Source: an uncultured Desulfospira sp.
GTDB lineage: Bacteria > Desulfobacterota > Desulfobacteria > Desulfobacterales > Desulfobacteraceae
Assembly (NCBI GenBank): GCA_963664655.2
Contig: OY761554.1
Location: 157,901-181,900 of the forward strand
DNA length: 24,000 bases
Direction of reading: 5' to 3'
In this document: positions 23,305-24,000 of the stretch, piece after piece
Layout: every line of letters starts with the position of its first letter
How positions within the stretch are numbered: position 1 is the stretch's first letter
Program-made: the position numbers and the translations under genes
Notes under the pieces: model-generated
Databases searched by the model: none
What the model was told of the DNA's origin: nothing
What the model saw: the letters and a program-made list of their open reading frames with translations, nothing else

Positions 23305-24000
23305 ATGAGCCGAACAGTCTGTTTTTTAATGTTCTTGTCCTTCACGCTTATTTTAATGCCGCCGGAACTTAGCTTTTGTGACGATGAGAGCTTTTGTCCG
23401 GTTGATCTTCAAGGCGAAGACATGGATATTGACGGTGCGGATCTGGCAAGCTATTTGAATGATCCATCCCAGGCACTTTTGATGGATATGGCTTATAGTT
23501 TTGGATCAGATACATGCCGCCTGTCATCTGAAGTTTACAGAGGCGACTGCCGGATTGAAAATTCACAGGATTTGTCGGTAATAGCTGGTTATAAAGCCGT
23601 CAGCGGCAGCGTGACAATTTATTCCGCCGATGGCGTATCTGACTTTAAAGGTCTGGAAACAATCCAATTCATCGGGGGCAGCCTCAAGATTTCCAACGTT
23701 TCAGATCTATTGAATCTGAACGGACTGGACAACCTGGTTGGCATTGGCGGATGGCTTGAAATTATTTTTAATGAAAAGTTAACCCAGATTGATTCTCTTT
23801 CAAACCTGAAATTTATTCAGGGCGGGGTCCAGGTCTATGGGAACCAATCTTTAACTGATATTGCCGGCCTGAAAGGGTTGCAAAGCGTAGAAAAAGACTT
23901 CATTATTTTCTTTTGTCCTCTGATTGAGCATATTAACCCCATGGGAAATGTGTTCAGTGTCGGCGGCAAAGTGAGCATTTCAGGATGCAATCAGCTTCAA
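23305..24000 (+). CDS. Secreted protein (5' partial, runs off the window): signal peptide, Cys-bracketed acidic module, then 24-residue leucine-rich/receptor-L-domain-like repeats
   Basis: Not in the ORF track because it has no stop. Hand translation from the ATG at 23305 gives 232 codons without a stop: MSRTVCFLMFLSFTLILMPPELSFCDDESFCPVDLQGEDMDIDGADLASYL...FGSDTC. Repeats follow, such as FKGLETIQFIGGSLKISNVSDLLN / LNGLDNLVGIGGWLEIIFNEKLTQ / IDSLSNLKFIQGGVQVYGNQSLTD. Confidence 0.7.
   Translation, partial: MSRTVCFLMFLSFTLILMPPELSFCDDESFCPVDLQGEDMDIDGADLASYLNDPSQALLMDMAYSFGSDTCRLSSEVYRGDCRIENSQDLSVIAGYKAVSGSVTIYSADGVSDFKGLETIQFIGGSLKISNVSDLLNLNGLDNLVGIGGWLEIIFNEKLTQIDSLSNLKFIQGGVQVYGNQSLTDIAGLKGLQSVEKDFIIFFCPLIEHINPMGNVFSVGGKVSISGCNQLQ

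Noticed and set aside
1-24000. Search for CRISPR arrays, tRNA/rRNA genes, transposases, integrases and known defence-system genes.
   Set aside because: I found no regularly spaced direct repeats with unique spacers and no cloverleaf-like or rRNA-like sequence. None of the ORFs has recombinase, nuclease or defence hallmarks.

Overview
No tools were used: all calls rest on reading the ORF track and the sequence by eye, so family names are motif-level recognitions, not database hits. This is a bacterial chromosomal window, and the protein flavour suggests a Desulfobacterota/deltaproteobacterial anaerobe (inference only).

The + strand from 1.2 to 12.9 kb is a signal-transduction supercluster:
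- a soluble REC-histidine kinase (1235-2419);
- a 1198-aa multi-sensor protein with no output domain (3072-6668). It has a periplasmic solute-binding domain, three TM segments, HAMP, a FixL-type heme PAS, a second PAS, GAF and a third PAS;
- a tightly packed six-gene set (6712-12891), consisting of an RsbR/RsbS/RsbT/RsbX-like stressosome module, then a hybrid HK (HisKA-HATPase-REC-REC-Hpt), then a REC-HD-GYP c-di-GMP phosphodiesterase.

No sigma factor or RsbU/V/W genes are present, so the stressosome appears wired to a phosphorelay and to c-di-GMP turnover. This is my top candidate for the interesting system.

Convergent on the - strand is an IclR / TAXI-TRAP / family III CoA-transferase operon (12961-17928). 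Further right are a small secreted protein gene, a MoxR(CoxD-like)/VWA(CoxE-like) pair, a DUF374-like gene, two small hypotheticals and a partial secreted repeat protein.

Non-coding structure:
- about 154-bp inverted copies of a MITE-like repeat bracket 888-18817. The left copy truncates a frameshifted EAL pseudogene;
- 41-nt inverted hairpin repeats bracket the REC-HK gene;
- a 100-bp array of GTGGAC/GTCCAC hexamers with 9-bp periodicity lies in the IclR divergent intergenic region.

No rRNA, tRNA, CRISPR, transposase or integrase gene was recognised.
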